Origin: Acidimicrobiales bacterium
GTDB lineage: Bacteria; Actinomycetota; Acidimicrobiia; Acidimicrobiales; Aldehydirespiratoraceae
Length of the DNA: 64,000 bases
Reading direction: 5' to 3'
Assembly: GCA_963662455.3 (NCBI GenBank)
Contig: OZ224042.1
Coordinates: forward strand, 1,727,234 to 1,791,233
Numbering within the stretch: the stretch's first letter is position 1; the number at the start of each line of letters is the position of its first letter. The notes beneath the pieces were generated by a model. The model was not told the DNA's origin. It worked only from the letters and a program-made list of their open reading frames with translations, and ran no database searches. Below are positions 9,501 to 17,505 of this stretch, one piece after another. Position numbers and translations under genes: made by a program.

Positions 9501-10162
9501 CCCTTGACCCGCTCTGCCATGTCCTCAGACCGAGAGAGCTGATCCAGCCGGGCGATCAGAAGGTTCTTCTCCGCGAACGGGTTGCCCGTGCGGGAATCCT
9601 CGACCGCGGCACGCGACATCAACTCGAACGACAGTCCGAACCTCTGCCACAGCTCGTCCTGCCACTGCTCCACCAGGCTCCCCGGCGCCACGATCAGACA
9701 ACGGACCACGTCACCGCGCAACATCAACTCACGGATCAACAGCCCCGACATGATCGTCTTGCCCGCACCCGGATCGTCCGCCAGCACGAACCGCAACGGC
9801 CGCAGCTCGAGCATCCGGTTGTAGACCGCATCGATCTGGTGCGGGTAGGGCTCGATGTTGGACGTGTCGACCGCAGCGAACGGATCGGCGAGATGAGCCT
9901 GCTGCAACCGCTGTGCCTCCGCCGCGAGCTTGAACATCGCACCGTCGGCGTCGAAACTCCATCTCCGCTGCTCCGGCTCGGCGAAGCCCTCCAGATCGCC
10001 CTCCCCGATGATCCGGTCGCCCAACCGTCCGTCACCTGTGCGGTAGGTGAGGGTTGCCGAACCCGGCCCGTGCATCTCCACGGCCACCACCGTCACCTCG
10101 CCGTCGGCGACCACGCCCGCCAGTCGCATCCCCGCGACCAGACCGTCGAACGCAAGCGTCAC
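6554..10162 (-). CDS. SNF2-family helicase with C-terminal DUF3883/endonuclease-like module
   Basis: 1202 aa. Helicase motifs PHQ, DDPGAGKT, VIVDEAHKM and QRFGRIHRIGQ. The C-terminus GYDVLSFDP...YYLIEVKG is D...ExK-like. GTG start with GAGGTGG 7 nt upstream. Confidence 0.85.
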   Translation of the reverse strand: MTLAFDGLVAGMRLAGVVADGEVTVVAVEMHGPGSATLTYRTGDGRLGDRIIGEGDLEGFAEPEQRRWSFDADGAMFKLAAEAQRLQQAHLADPFAAVDTSNIEPYPHQIDAVYNRMLELRPLRFVLADDPGAGKTIMSGLLIRELMLRGDVVRCLIVAPGSLVEQWQDELWQRFGLSFELMSRAAVEDSRTGNPFAEKNLLIARLDQLSRSEDMAERVKGSQWDLVIVDEAHKMSANRYSGELRRTKRFILGEALRERTRHLLLLTATPHNGKDDDFLAFMTLVDPDMFEGRLRGRGNKGDGDERPEMPDTSQVMRRIVKENLRTFEGRRLFPQRHAHSLSFELSAPEAELYESVTNYVRTGMNRAQRMQEGGDRRGIMVGFALAGLQRRLASSPAAIYHSLRRRRDRLAEQESELRRLASSGDPVPVVDLPRGVRISDLEDFDFDDYSDDEFEELESIVIDAATAAGTADELAAEVAELEVLVELADGVRTSREDTKWVQLRDLLRSGRFAVGAGLSADGEDSVGRGTVPKLIVFSEHKDTLTYLEERIAAELGRPEAVVVIHGGIKRHDRRAIQDRFRVDPTAQVMVATDAAGEGVNLQVANLMVNYDLPWNPNRIEQRFGRIHRIGQNRPCHMWNLVAHETREGQVFQRLFEKIEQQRGVFGDQVYDVLGDSQINVSLRDLLMRAIRSDADPAHGAWMDEVIDGDIGTQLNGVLEERALVSGLADAAANDEIRRTMAQAKARKLSPWFVQTFFSTALCHYGGRITGREHGRFEITRVPVAVRAAADPSLGAVHDRYHRVTFDKAHIAPDLSRSDSGESSARQGIGVPAELVSPGSPLLTAVLRKVSADHGETLQRGAILVDPKNPSVEPRLLVFLDHSITDGRLVHGSRQVVSRRVQYVEIDRYGNVGDPGGQPYLNYAPLAEEQAGLLDGRVDLDWAGHAAEVGARDWAIEQMAAPHFEEVRAVVTGRVARVAEAVRERLEAEIRYWDLRAEEIKAQELAGGKPRLNSGRARARAEELEARLAQRRADLALEENLHNGPPTVVGAALVVPQGLLDQLQGSPPVLDATADKMETDRRAVAAVMKAERALGRRPEQKEHSNPGYDVLSFDPVAGVYYLIEVKGHLPGTEQISVSKTQVGQAQCSPDVWRLAVVSVPDEPDAEPEVRYLVRPFEGVTMHEAQTSIPLNVSDLLAQSLPPH

Positions 10163-10413
10163 CGGCTTGCCACCTCACCCTCGCCCTCAACCCATCCACG
10201 CATCGCTCAGCCTCTCATTCCGACCACCCCGAATCGTACACTTCCAGACGTACAAGGGCTTCTCCGCCTAGGCAGGTCACATTTCGGTCGGTAAGCGCAA
10301 GCGGCTGGTCCTGCCGATGGCCTACGGACATGACGGCGAGCATCTCAGGACTGCAACCCCCGGACAACCACCACACCACCGCTCCAAGAACGCGCGGCGG
10401 CTACGGTGAGAGC

Positions 10414-11067
10414 ATGGTTGCCGCAGCTCCAAGAGTCGTCATCGTTGATGACCATCGACTGTTTCGAAGCGGGGTGCGGGTCGAGCTCGGGGATCGAGTG
10501 AAAGTCGTTGCTGAGGCCGACGACGTGGCCTCGGCGGTAGCGGCCATTGAACAGTGGCGGCCCGATGTGGTGCTGCTCGACGTCCACCTGCCCTCGGGTT
10601 CGGGCCGGGAGGTCATCGAAGCGGTCGCCTCTGCCCAGATCGACACCCGCTTCCTGGCCCTGTCGGTGTCCGACGCGGCAACCGATGTGATCAACGTGGT
10701 ACGGGCGGGCGCCCGCGGCTACGTCACCAAGTCGATCTCGGGCGGCGATCTAGTCGAGGCGATCATCCGGGTGAGCAACGGCGATGCGGTCTTCTCGCCC
10801 CGTCTGGCAGGATTCGTGCTCGACGCCTTCAGCGCCGGCAGTGCCCCGGCCGACGAGGACGCCGATGATGACCTCGACCGGCTCACCCCACGGGAACAGG
10901 AGGTCCTCAGGCATCTGGCCCGCGGCTACACGTACAAAGAAATCGCCCGTCGGCTGTCGATCTCGATCAAGACGGTCGAGACGCACGCCTCGGCGGTGCT
11001 CCGCAAACTCCAGCTCTCAAACCGCAACGAACTCAGTCGCTGGGCTGCTGCCCGACGAATCTGGTAG
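10414..11067 (+). CDS. NarL/LuxR-family two-component response regulator (orphan)
   Basis: Receiver domain VVIVDDH...VVLLDVHLP, plus a C-terminal LuxR HTH LTPREQEVLRHLARGYTYKEIARRLSISIKTVETH. ATG at 10414 is preceded by GGTGAGAG. No kinase gene is adjacent. Confidence 0.9.
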   Translation: MVAAAPRVVIVDDHRLFRSGVRVELGDRVKVVAEADDVASAVAAIEQWRPDVVLLDVHLPSGSGREVIEAVASAQIDTRFLALSVSDAATDVINVVRAGARGYVTKSISGGDLVEAIIRVSNGDAVFSPRLAGFVLDAFSAGSAPADEDADDDLDRLTPREQEVLRHLARGYTYKEIARRLSISIKTVETHASAVLRKLQLSNRNELSRWAAARRIW

Positions 11068-11077
11068 TGCCGGCCGG

Positions 11078-11099
11078 TCGCTGGGGGACTGACCAGCGA
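11078..11099. terminator. Hairpin between convergent genes (7-bp stem TCGCTGG/CCAGCGA, 8-nt loop)
   Basis: Seen directly in the sequence 11 nt after the response-regulator stop. No U-tract. Confidence 0.35.
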
Positions 11100-11170
11100 G
11101 GCGACACCTTTGGTCGGCGATGGGAAGGGGGACCTTGCCTGCTGTATGGCGCAAGCTACCTCAGCGATCC

Positions 11171-12982
11171 TCAGATCTGCTGTCTTCTAGCGAACAGCAT
11201 GACGATGATGAGCGCCAGAATCAGCAGAGCCAACAGAGCTTGAAGCAGACCGACAAGAACACTCGTCGAACTGGGATCCACCGCCTCCGCAATGAAGTCC
11301 GAAACAACCTCTTCGGCTGCCCCGCCGGAATCGACAGCAGAGACCGTCAATGAACGAAGCGTCGTGGTCGGAACCACCACCTCCTCAGAGGAAGGCTCAT
11401 CAACGGCCGCCACCGGCGCTGGTGGGAGCGTCGTCACAGGTGTGTCCACTGACATCGAACCCTGCTGGCTCGGATCATTGTCGAGAACGACACACCTGAC
11501 CTTGGCCGGACCACTGATCACATAGTCTTCCGAGGGCTCGATGGTCAGAATCACTGCACCGTCCGGCTCGTCTCTGGGACCATCGAGCGTTGGCACCGCA
11601 TGGATCGCGGACGTTTCACCTGCGCGGATCCACACGGTCTTGGCGCCGCGGTCTGCTGACCCGACAAAGTCGCCGTCACGCTCAACCACAACCCCGACCG
11701 CCAAATCGGCTTCAGGGGCGCGGTCAGCGGCAATGCTGAACAGGGCGTCCTCACCCTCGACAACCGCATCGCACTCGACAACGCCATAAACACCGATCCG
11801 AACCGGATCAACGATCACATCGGTTGCCTCATCTTGAAGCGGAGGCGGCGTCGTGGTCGTTGTTGTCGTGGTCGTCGTCGTTGTCGTCGGAGGCAACGTT
11901 GTGGTCGTCGGAGGCAACGTTGTGGTCGTCGTGGTGGGTGTGGGTGGCACGACCAGCTCCCGCGGCTCATCGATTTGCTGAACCACAACCGGCGGCTGGA
12001 CAACCGGCGGCTGGACAACCGGCGGCTGGACAACGACCGGACGGACGGGCTGGTCGTCATCGTCAGCGACAGCCACCGTGGCTGCACCTCGTGTGGCAGA
12101 CACCGTGTAACCGCTGCCAGTACCGACGACAGTGGCAGTCACCGAACCGTCGGCTTCGTCGGTTCCGTCGTCGGCCGTGGAGACCGTGAGGGTTGCTCTA
12201 CCGCCGGTGGGAACCGTGACCCTGCGCAACCCAGTGACAGCACCGAAATCACCTGTGGCCGAAACCGTGACAGTGACATCGAGGTCCGCCGACGGAGCCG
12301 GGGCGGCGGTGATCGTATAGATCGCATCGCCACCCTCTGTCACATCGCCACCCGCGGTCACACTCACCTCCGGCGTTTCCCGCGGTGCAACCGTAGTAGT
12401 CGTAGTCGTAGTGGTTGTAGTGGTTGTAGTCGTGGTTGTAGTGGTCGTGGTCGGCACTGTCTGGCGCACCAACTCAGGAAGCGGCCGCTTGGTGCCATAC
12501 ACCAGAACCACCGGACGCCCTGCGTCCACCGCGCCGTCCTTGACCCACTGGAACGGGAAATCCGTGGTATAGGCGCTCAGGTGAACGTCGCCGAACCCTG
12601 AATCAGAAAGACACTTGGCCGGAGTCGCGGGGACGGCAAGGCACTCCACCGAGGTGGGGACCGAGAACCGCGTCGAACTGCTCCCCTTTCTTATGGTCGC
12701 CGACTGCCAAGCAAGATTTTTTTCTGCAACAATTCCGTAGTTCCGTGAGACGTAGAAGCCAAAGTTCAGATCAGCGGTCGCTGGTTCACTGAGCGAGAAG
12801 ACGAACACCGCCGGCTGGCCCACGACAATGTGGGTCCGCTCAACCGTGACCCAATACTTCACGTCAGTCTGTGCATCCGCCTGCCTGTGAGAGAACAATA
12901 CCGCCAAAAGAAAAACGCCCCAAACCAACATCACCACGAGCATGCTGCGAAGTACTTGGGCGACTCTCTCTGAGCTGACCAT
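11171..12982 (-). CDS. Membrane-anchored surface protein with Calx-beta-like modules and Thr/Pro-rich linkers
   Basis: N-terminal hydrophobic segment and a C-terminal TM (LLALLILALIIVMLF). A T21 run, (PPVVQ)3, and two modules of the same type as in the giant gene 43775..52090 (VTEGGDA...TVSTADDGTDEADGSVTATV...VADDDD). ATG at 12982 has GGAGGG 6 nt upstream. Confidence 0.7.
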   Translation of the reverse strand: MVSSERVAQVLRSMLVVMLVWGVFLLAVLFSHRQADAQTDVKYWVTVERTHIVVGQPAVFVFSLSEPATADLNFGFYVSRNYGIVAEKNLAWQSATIRKGSSSTRFSVPTSVECLAVPATPAKCLSDSGFGDVHLSAYTTDFPFQWVKDGAVDAGRPVVLVYGTKRPLPELVRQTVPTTTTTTTTTTTTTTTTTTTTVAPRETPEVSVTAGGDVTEGGDAIYTITAAPAPSADLDVTVTVSATGDFGAVTGLRRVTVPTGGRATLTVSTADDGTDEADGSVTATVVGTGSGYTVSATRGAATVAVADDDDQPVRPVVVQPPVVQPPVVQPPVVVQQIDEPRELVVPPTPTTTTTTLPPTTTTLPPTTTTTTTTTTTTTPPPLQDEATDVIVDPVRIGVYGVVECDAVVEGEDALFSIAADRAPEADLAVGVVVERDGDFVGSADRGAKTVWIRAGETSAIHAVPTLDGPRDEPDGAVILTIEPSEDYVISGPAKVRCVVLDNDPSQQGSMSVDTPVTTLPPAPVAAVDEPSSEEVVVPTTTLRSLTVSAVDSGGAAEEVVSDFIAEAVDPSSTSVLVGLLQALLALLILALIIVMLFARRQQI

Positions 12983-13417
12983 GGAGCGCCCTCCTAAAGG
13001 ACCTTCGGCCAAATAACCCTCGGTACTGAGTCATGCCCGTATGTGCTGATATTTCCGCAGGAAGTCTACTGAGAACCCTGAGAGAACCAACACCGACTGT
13101 AACGACCCCACGCTAGCCGCTACGGTGGGGGCCGCTACGGTGAGGGCATGGCCTGCCGCCAGCCCCCAAGGGCAGACAATCCACACCAGCAGTACAACGA
13201 TCATGCTGCGTAGTGCGGGAAGCAATTTGGCAGGAATGAGGATCAATATCAGACTTATTACGGACATTCAGCCCAAAAACTCCAATATTGAGGTGCTTTA
13301 GTATGTGGCATGATCAACGAGTCACCACATGAGCGGACCACTCGAAGACAAGGTCTCTATTGATCACGGGCGCTCGAACCCGTATCGAAGCCCGCCCCAA
13401 AACGAAACAGCCGATCT

Positions 13418-14416
13418 GTGATCCCTCTCGACGGCCCGTTCTATGACCAACTCGTTGTTGGACAGGAACTACCACTCCAACCGACGGTAACTATTGACGA
13501 AGGCAAAGCCGCTCTTTATCAATCGCTGGTCGGTGAACGCCTGTCCATGGTTCTCGACTCTGAAGTAAGCCGAACCGTCACTTCGCAGACATCGCGGCCG
13601 GCAAGTCCGGGTCTGGTGATGCAGTTCTCTATCGGCCAGAGCACCACGATCAGCCGTCGGGCCATAGCAAACCTGTTCTACCGCGACGTTCGACTGCTGC
13701 GGCCTGTGATGATCGGCGACTCGATCGAGACCAGGGTGACCGTTGCCGCTCTGGCCGACGGTTCGCACCAACCCGGGAGGGCACGGCGCGGCAAGGTGCT
13801 CATCGATGTTGTCACCTACGCCAACGGCGAACCCGCAGTGGTCTATCAACGCTGTCCGATGCTCCCCCAACTCGACGATGACACCGCGCCCGGCCACAAC
13901 GACGACTTGGGCACAAGCAGCGATCTCGACCTCGGGTCATACGTCGAGTTGGTACCGGAATGGAACTTCGCAGCCTTGGGACCGCCCAGCGAGTGGAGCG
14001 TCGGCGAGACGATCATTGATCCCACCCGAGACGTGATCGATGGAGCCACCTCCCTGGTGCGCCTGACCCACAACCTGGCGATGATCCATCGCGACGCCGA
14101 ACAGTCGCCCTACCCCCAGCGACTCGTCTACGGCGGACATGTCGTCGGACTCGCCCAAGCGTCGTTGTCGAGAGTGTTGCCGGGCATGGCCACCGTTGTC
14201 GGATGGCACCACTGCGACCACACCGGCCCGGTGTTCGAGGGCGACCTGCTGTCGTTTCGCCACACGCTGCTCGACTTGACACCCGCCTCGCAGGGCCGAG
14301 CCCTCGCAGTGCAGGTAGAGGGCTTCGCCCACCGCCCCGAAACCGACGGGTTGCCCGAAACCGGCAGCGAAGGCGTCAAAGTCCTCGACTGGACTCTGAT
14401 AGCCGCCGCACCCTGA
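13418..14416 (+). CDS. MaoC-like (double hotdog) acyl dehydratase family protein
   Basis: 332 aa with a GTG start. Its two halves resemble the hotdog-fold dehydratase pattern (VYGGHVVGLAQASL...GDLL). The call is based on general resemblance only. Confidence 0.6.
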   Translation: MIPLDGPFYDQLVVGQELPLQPTVTIDEGKAALYQSLVGERLSMVLDSEVSRTVTSQTSRPASPGLVMQFSIGQSTTISRRAIANLFYRDVRLLRPVMIGDSIETRVTVAALADGSHQPGRARRGKVLIDVVTYANGEPAVVYQRCPMLPQLDDDTAPGHNDDLGTSSDLDLGSYVELVPEWNFAALGPPSEWSVGETIIDPTRDVIDGATSLVRLTHNLAMIHRDAEQSPYPQRLVYGGHVVGLAQASLSRVLPGMATVVGWHHCDHTGPVFEGDLLSFRHTLLDLTPASQGRALAVQVEGFAHRPETDGLPETGSEGVKVLDWTLIAAAP

Positions 14417-14614
14417 AGCAGACCGAAAGCTGATCGATCCGTTCAGGCAAGCTCCCACTCAGCGTGTACATCACAGGCCGCAAGCAGATCCATGTCGGTT
14501 GCGACGCTAGTTCCGGCTGTGGTGGGTTGGCCATTGCGTCGACCATGCGGGCGACGAACCGCACACCCATTGGCGACAGCTCGTCGATTCGTCGTTTGAC
14601 GACTTCGCGATCAC

Positions 14615-15499
14615 TCACAAGGCCAAGCGATGCTCTATGAGGTCGACGAACGACGGGTTGAGTTCGATCCCGACCCAGCGGCGATTGAGGTTTCTTGCCG
14701 CTAACAGCGTCGTGCCTGATCCGGCGTAGGGGTCGAGCACGATGTCGCCGGGCTCGCTGGTGATGCTCACGCATTGATTGGCCAGCGTCATAGGCATCAC
14801 CGCAGGGTGGTCATCGACTCCGCTGTCGCTGCGCCGACGAGGCTCGGTATTGACATCCCATACCGTGCGCAGCCTGCGCCCGTTCGGTCCACGGACGGCG
14901 TCCGTGTCGTAATAATAGTTCTCGCTCTTGGACAGCAGGAAAACGGTCTCATGAGCCTTTGTCGGACGATCGCGCACCGACTCAGGATGCGCGTTGGGCT
15001 TGTTCCAGACCACCTCAGAACGCACCCACCACCCAGCGTCTTGCAACGCGAATGCCAGACGCCAGGGAACCCCGATCAGGTCCTTGGGTTTCAGACCCTC
15101 CGGGGTCGCCGGGCGCACGCTCATTGCCCGCGCCCTGTTCTTCCGGTCGGGCGCTCGATAACGGCGGTTGCCCGATGTATAGCTGTCGCCCACGTTGAGC
15201 CACACCGTGCCGTCGTCGCTGAGGACGCGGCGCAGTTTGTCGAAGGTCACGACGATGCTCTTGAGGTAGTCTCCCAACGCATCGTCGCGGCCGATCTGGT
15301 CCTTCATTTCGTAGTCGCGCAGCGACCAGTACGGCGGAGAAGTAACCACGGTGCGAATGCTGCGATCCGGCAGCAGATCGAGACCATCTGAAGCCGCCCC
15401 GCATATCAGCAGAGACTCAGTCAATTCAACCTGCGGCACTCCGTCGCTCGAGTTCACACGTCGATACGGGCACGCAGCAACAAGTCCAGGCAGGCGCAT
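14615..15499 (-). CDS. Beta-class N4-C/N6-A DNA methyltransferase (SPPY motif)
   Basis: Motif IV TSPPYW is N-terminal and motif I LDPYAGSGTT is C-terminal. GGAGGTG lies 5 nt upstream of the ATG at 15499. The ORF track maximum start is 15679. Confidence 0.85.
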   Translation of the reverse strand: MRLPGLVAACPYRRVNSSDGVPQVELTESLLICGAASDGLDLLPDRSIRTVVTSPPYWSLRDYEMKDQIGRDDALGDYLKSIVVTFDKLRRVLSDDGTVWLNVGDSYTSGNRRYRAPDRKNRARAMSVRPATPEGLKPKDLIGVPWRLAFALQDAGWWVRSEVVWNKPNAHPESVRDRPTKAHETVFLLSKSENYYYDTDAVRGPNGRRLRTVWDVNTEPRRRSDSGVDDHPAVMPMTLANQCVSITSEPGDIVLDPYAGSGTTLLAARNLNRRWVGIELNPSFVDLIEHRLAL

Positions 15500-15700
15500 C
15501 ATCACCTCCGACGGTACTTCGCGCCACACCCTATGCGGGCGACCCCCGTCAATTGATTGCAATAGTCGATCACTCACAATGACTGACGTTAATTGCGGAC
15601 TACGACAGCGCTGTACGCGCGGCACTGTCGATGGGTGACGGCTCTGACCCCCGCCCCCCTCGTTTACACTCGGGCTCAACCAACGACCAAACTCTGCAAG

Positions 15701-16441
15701 TCAACCCGCAGCAGGCGTCTCGGGCGAATCCTCGGGGCCGAAGGGCGCGAGACAAACCAGGGCCGCGGCGTCGCCGACGAGTTCAGACAGTTCATCGACG
15801 AAGCTCGAATGCGCCGGCAGGACCTTGTTGAGAACGATCACGAAACGAGCCGGCGGAGGACAGTCCTTGCGGGATCCCTGATCGCTCAACAGCACCGCTG
15901 ACAGACGAGCCGGCGTCAACACATCAGCAGTTGAGCACCCGGCGGCCTCCGCGACACGCTCCGGGCGATGACACCGCTCAGAGATCACCGCGCCGAGCGC
16001 CGCTGCACCCACACAGACAACCAGGGCCGTCGTCTTGGAGGGAACAACCGGCTCATAGTCGAGCGGGGCTTTGAATGGCATCCGCCGAGAACCGTCCGCT
16101 TCCACCACGACATGGTCGGCCAGACCGAACCATCTGTCACAGACCTGAGGTGCCACACCGAGTGCCTTGTGCCCGGCAACGGCCCGCCAAGCCAACACCA
16201 CCCGCCGACTTGCCAACGCGCGCTTCAGCACGTCGTCGGTGGGAGCCAACAGCGGCTCATGCCCACCGGTTCGGTCACACCCCATCTTGGTCGTGGTGGT
16301 CAGCACGACCGTGCCGGCGAGTTGCGCGCCGAGAGCGAACAGCACCGTCGTCTTGCCCCCTCCCCCGACGAGCGACACCAACTCGTGGTCACCCAGACCG
16401 AGAGCGTCCGCGATCTCGCCGATCATCACCGGTTCAGCCAT
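15701..16441 (-). CDS. yqeC: YqeC-like putative selenium-dependent hydroxylase accessory protein
   Basis: LVGGGGKTT P-loop followed by VVLTTTTKM, which I recall as characteristic of the YqeC family. ATG at 16441 is preceded by GGGTGGG. Confidence 0.6.
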   Translation of the reverse strand: MAEPVMIGEIADALGLGDHELVSLVGGGGKTTVLFALGAQLAGTVVLTTTTKMGCDRTGGHEPLLAPTDDVLKRALASRRVVLAWRAVAGHKALGVAPQVCDRWFGLADHVVVEADGSRRMPFKAPLDYEPVVPSKTTALVVCVGAAALGAVISERCHRPERVAEAAGCSTADVLTPARLSAVLLSDQGSRKDCPPPARFVIVLNKVLPAHSSFVDELSELVGDAAALVCLAPFGPEDSPETPAAG

Positions 16442-16540
16442 AACAGAGCCCACCCTACGACCCGTTCGTACGGTGGCCCAACAAACCTCAGGGATGGTCA
16501 CCGGGTTGAAGTGGTTATATCAAAGCCTTAAAGTGACTAC

Positions 16541-16795
16541 ATGAACGTAGGGATACGAGAACTCAAGGCACACCTCTCAGAGTACGTAGGCAAGGCCGCC
16601 AGAGGGGAGAACATAGTGGTCACAGACCGGGGAAAGCCCGTCGCTCAACTTGTCGGCCTCGGCGGATCGTCAATGCTCGACCGTGGAGTCGCCGAAGGCT
16701 GGATCACTCCCCCGTCGAGAACGCATCTGACTCCCGCGGTGCGTCATCCAGCACAGCGAAGCACCACCGACGTTCTCTACGAGGACCGCGGATGA
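16541..16795 (+). CDS. Phd/YefM-type antitoxin (VapB partner)
   Basis: IRELKAHLSEYVGKAARGENIVVTDRGKPVAQLV. Overlaps the downstream PIN gene by 4 nt. Confidence 0.8.
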   Translation: MNVGIRELKAHLSEYVGKAARGENIVVTDRGKPVAQLVGLGGSSMLDRGVAEGWITPPSRTHLTPAVRHPAQRSTTDVLYEDRG

Positions 16796-17193
16796 CACTG
16801 TACGTCGACACCAGCGCATTGCTGAAGCGCTATGTCTCCGAACACGACTCCGACGTAGCCGAACAATTCATGGCAGCGGATCCAACGCTCGTGACCTGCC
16901 GTCTCACCGAAGTAGAACTGCGGCGCAACCTCACACGGCTTCTCGACAAGGAAGCGCTTCTCAGCGCCCGCCGACAAGTCCAAGCCGACCTCAACGCTTT
17001 CGCACTCGTCGACATCGACGCCACCACCTGCAACGCCGCCGCCCTCATCGCCGAGCAGACCCTGTGCCGCTCGCTCGACGCGCTGCACGTAGCGGCAGCA
17101 AGACGAACCGGCGGTACAACCACGTTCCTCACATTCGACCAACGCCAAGCCCAAGCCGCTCGATCCGTGGGCCTTGTTGTCGTCGGCGCGTAG
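16792..17193 (+). CDS. vapC: PIN-domain toxin VapC
   Basis: MTLYVDTSALLKRY...SLDALHVAAA...LTFDQRQ PIN signature. Confidence 0.85.
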   Translation: MTLYVDTSALLKRYVSEHDSDVAEQFMAADPTLVTCRLTEVELRRNLTRLLDKEALLSARRQVQADLNAFALVDIDATTCNAAALIAEQTLCRSLDALHVAAARRTGGTTTFLTFDQRQAQAARSVGLVVVGA

Positions 17194-17281
17194 GAGAACC
17201 GCCCCATCAGAGCCTGCCCGAGGACGCTCCGAAGCTGTGCGAGGGTTGCAATTGGCGGGTGGATCTGGTTTCATTGAGGGC

Positions 17282-17343
17282 GTGAATCGCATCACCGCCC
17301 TGCTTCTTCTCATGTAGGCGAGCGCCACATACCGGCGCTCGCC
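17282..17343 (+). promoter_or_regulatory. leuA leader: 11-codon ORF with four consecutive Leu codons plus an adjacent 10-bp-stem hairpin
   Basis: GTG AAT CGC ATC ACC GCC CTG CTT CTT CTC ATG TAG (17282-17317). It is immediately followed by GGCGAGCGCC-acatacc-GGCGCTCGCC (17317-17343), upstream of leuA. Confidence 0.5.
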
Positions 17344-17505
17344 GAACCCCTCGTGCCTCGTGCCGGGGGGTTTCGTGCTTTTAAGGCACAGACTCGAGAC
17401 CAAGCAACAGACCCCCAACCACCCCTACAAAACAGCAGACGCAACCAACCGCAACCACAAACAACCGCAATGGCCGACTCACGGCCACCCACGATGGAGA
17501 CCATC

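Noticed and set aside
10054-10413. N-terminal 120-aa Pro/Arg-rich extension of the response-regulator ORF
   Set aside because: It is low complexity and overlaps the SNF2 gene start region. The receiver domain starts right after the ATG at 10414, which has a Shine-Dalgarno-like sequence.
14376-14774. 132-aa minus-strand ORF as a possible restriction endonuclease partner of the methyltransferase
   Set aside because: It overlaps the methyltransferase 3' end in another frame. It is Arg-rich and has no nuclease motif.
17353-17505. N-terminal extension of leuA (PQPPLQNSRRNQPQPQTT...)
   Set aside because: It is a low-complexity translation of the C/A-rich leader. A GGAG-supported ATG at 17506 gives a LeuA length typical of actinobacterial enzymes. 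The upstream ATGs at 17470 and 17494 remain possible.
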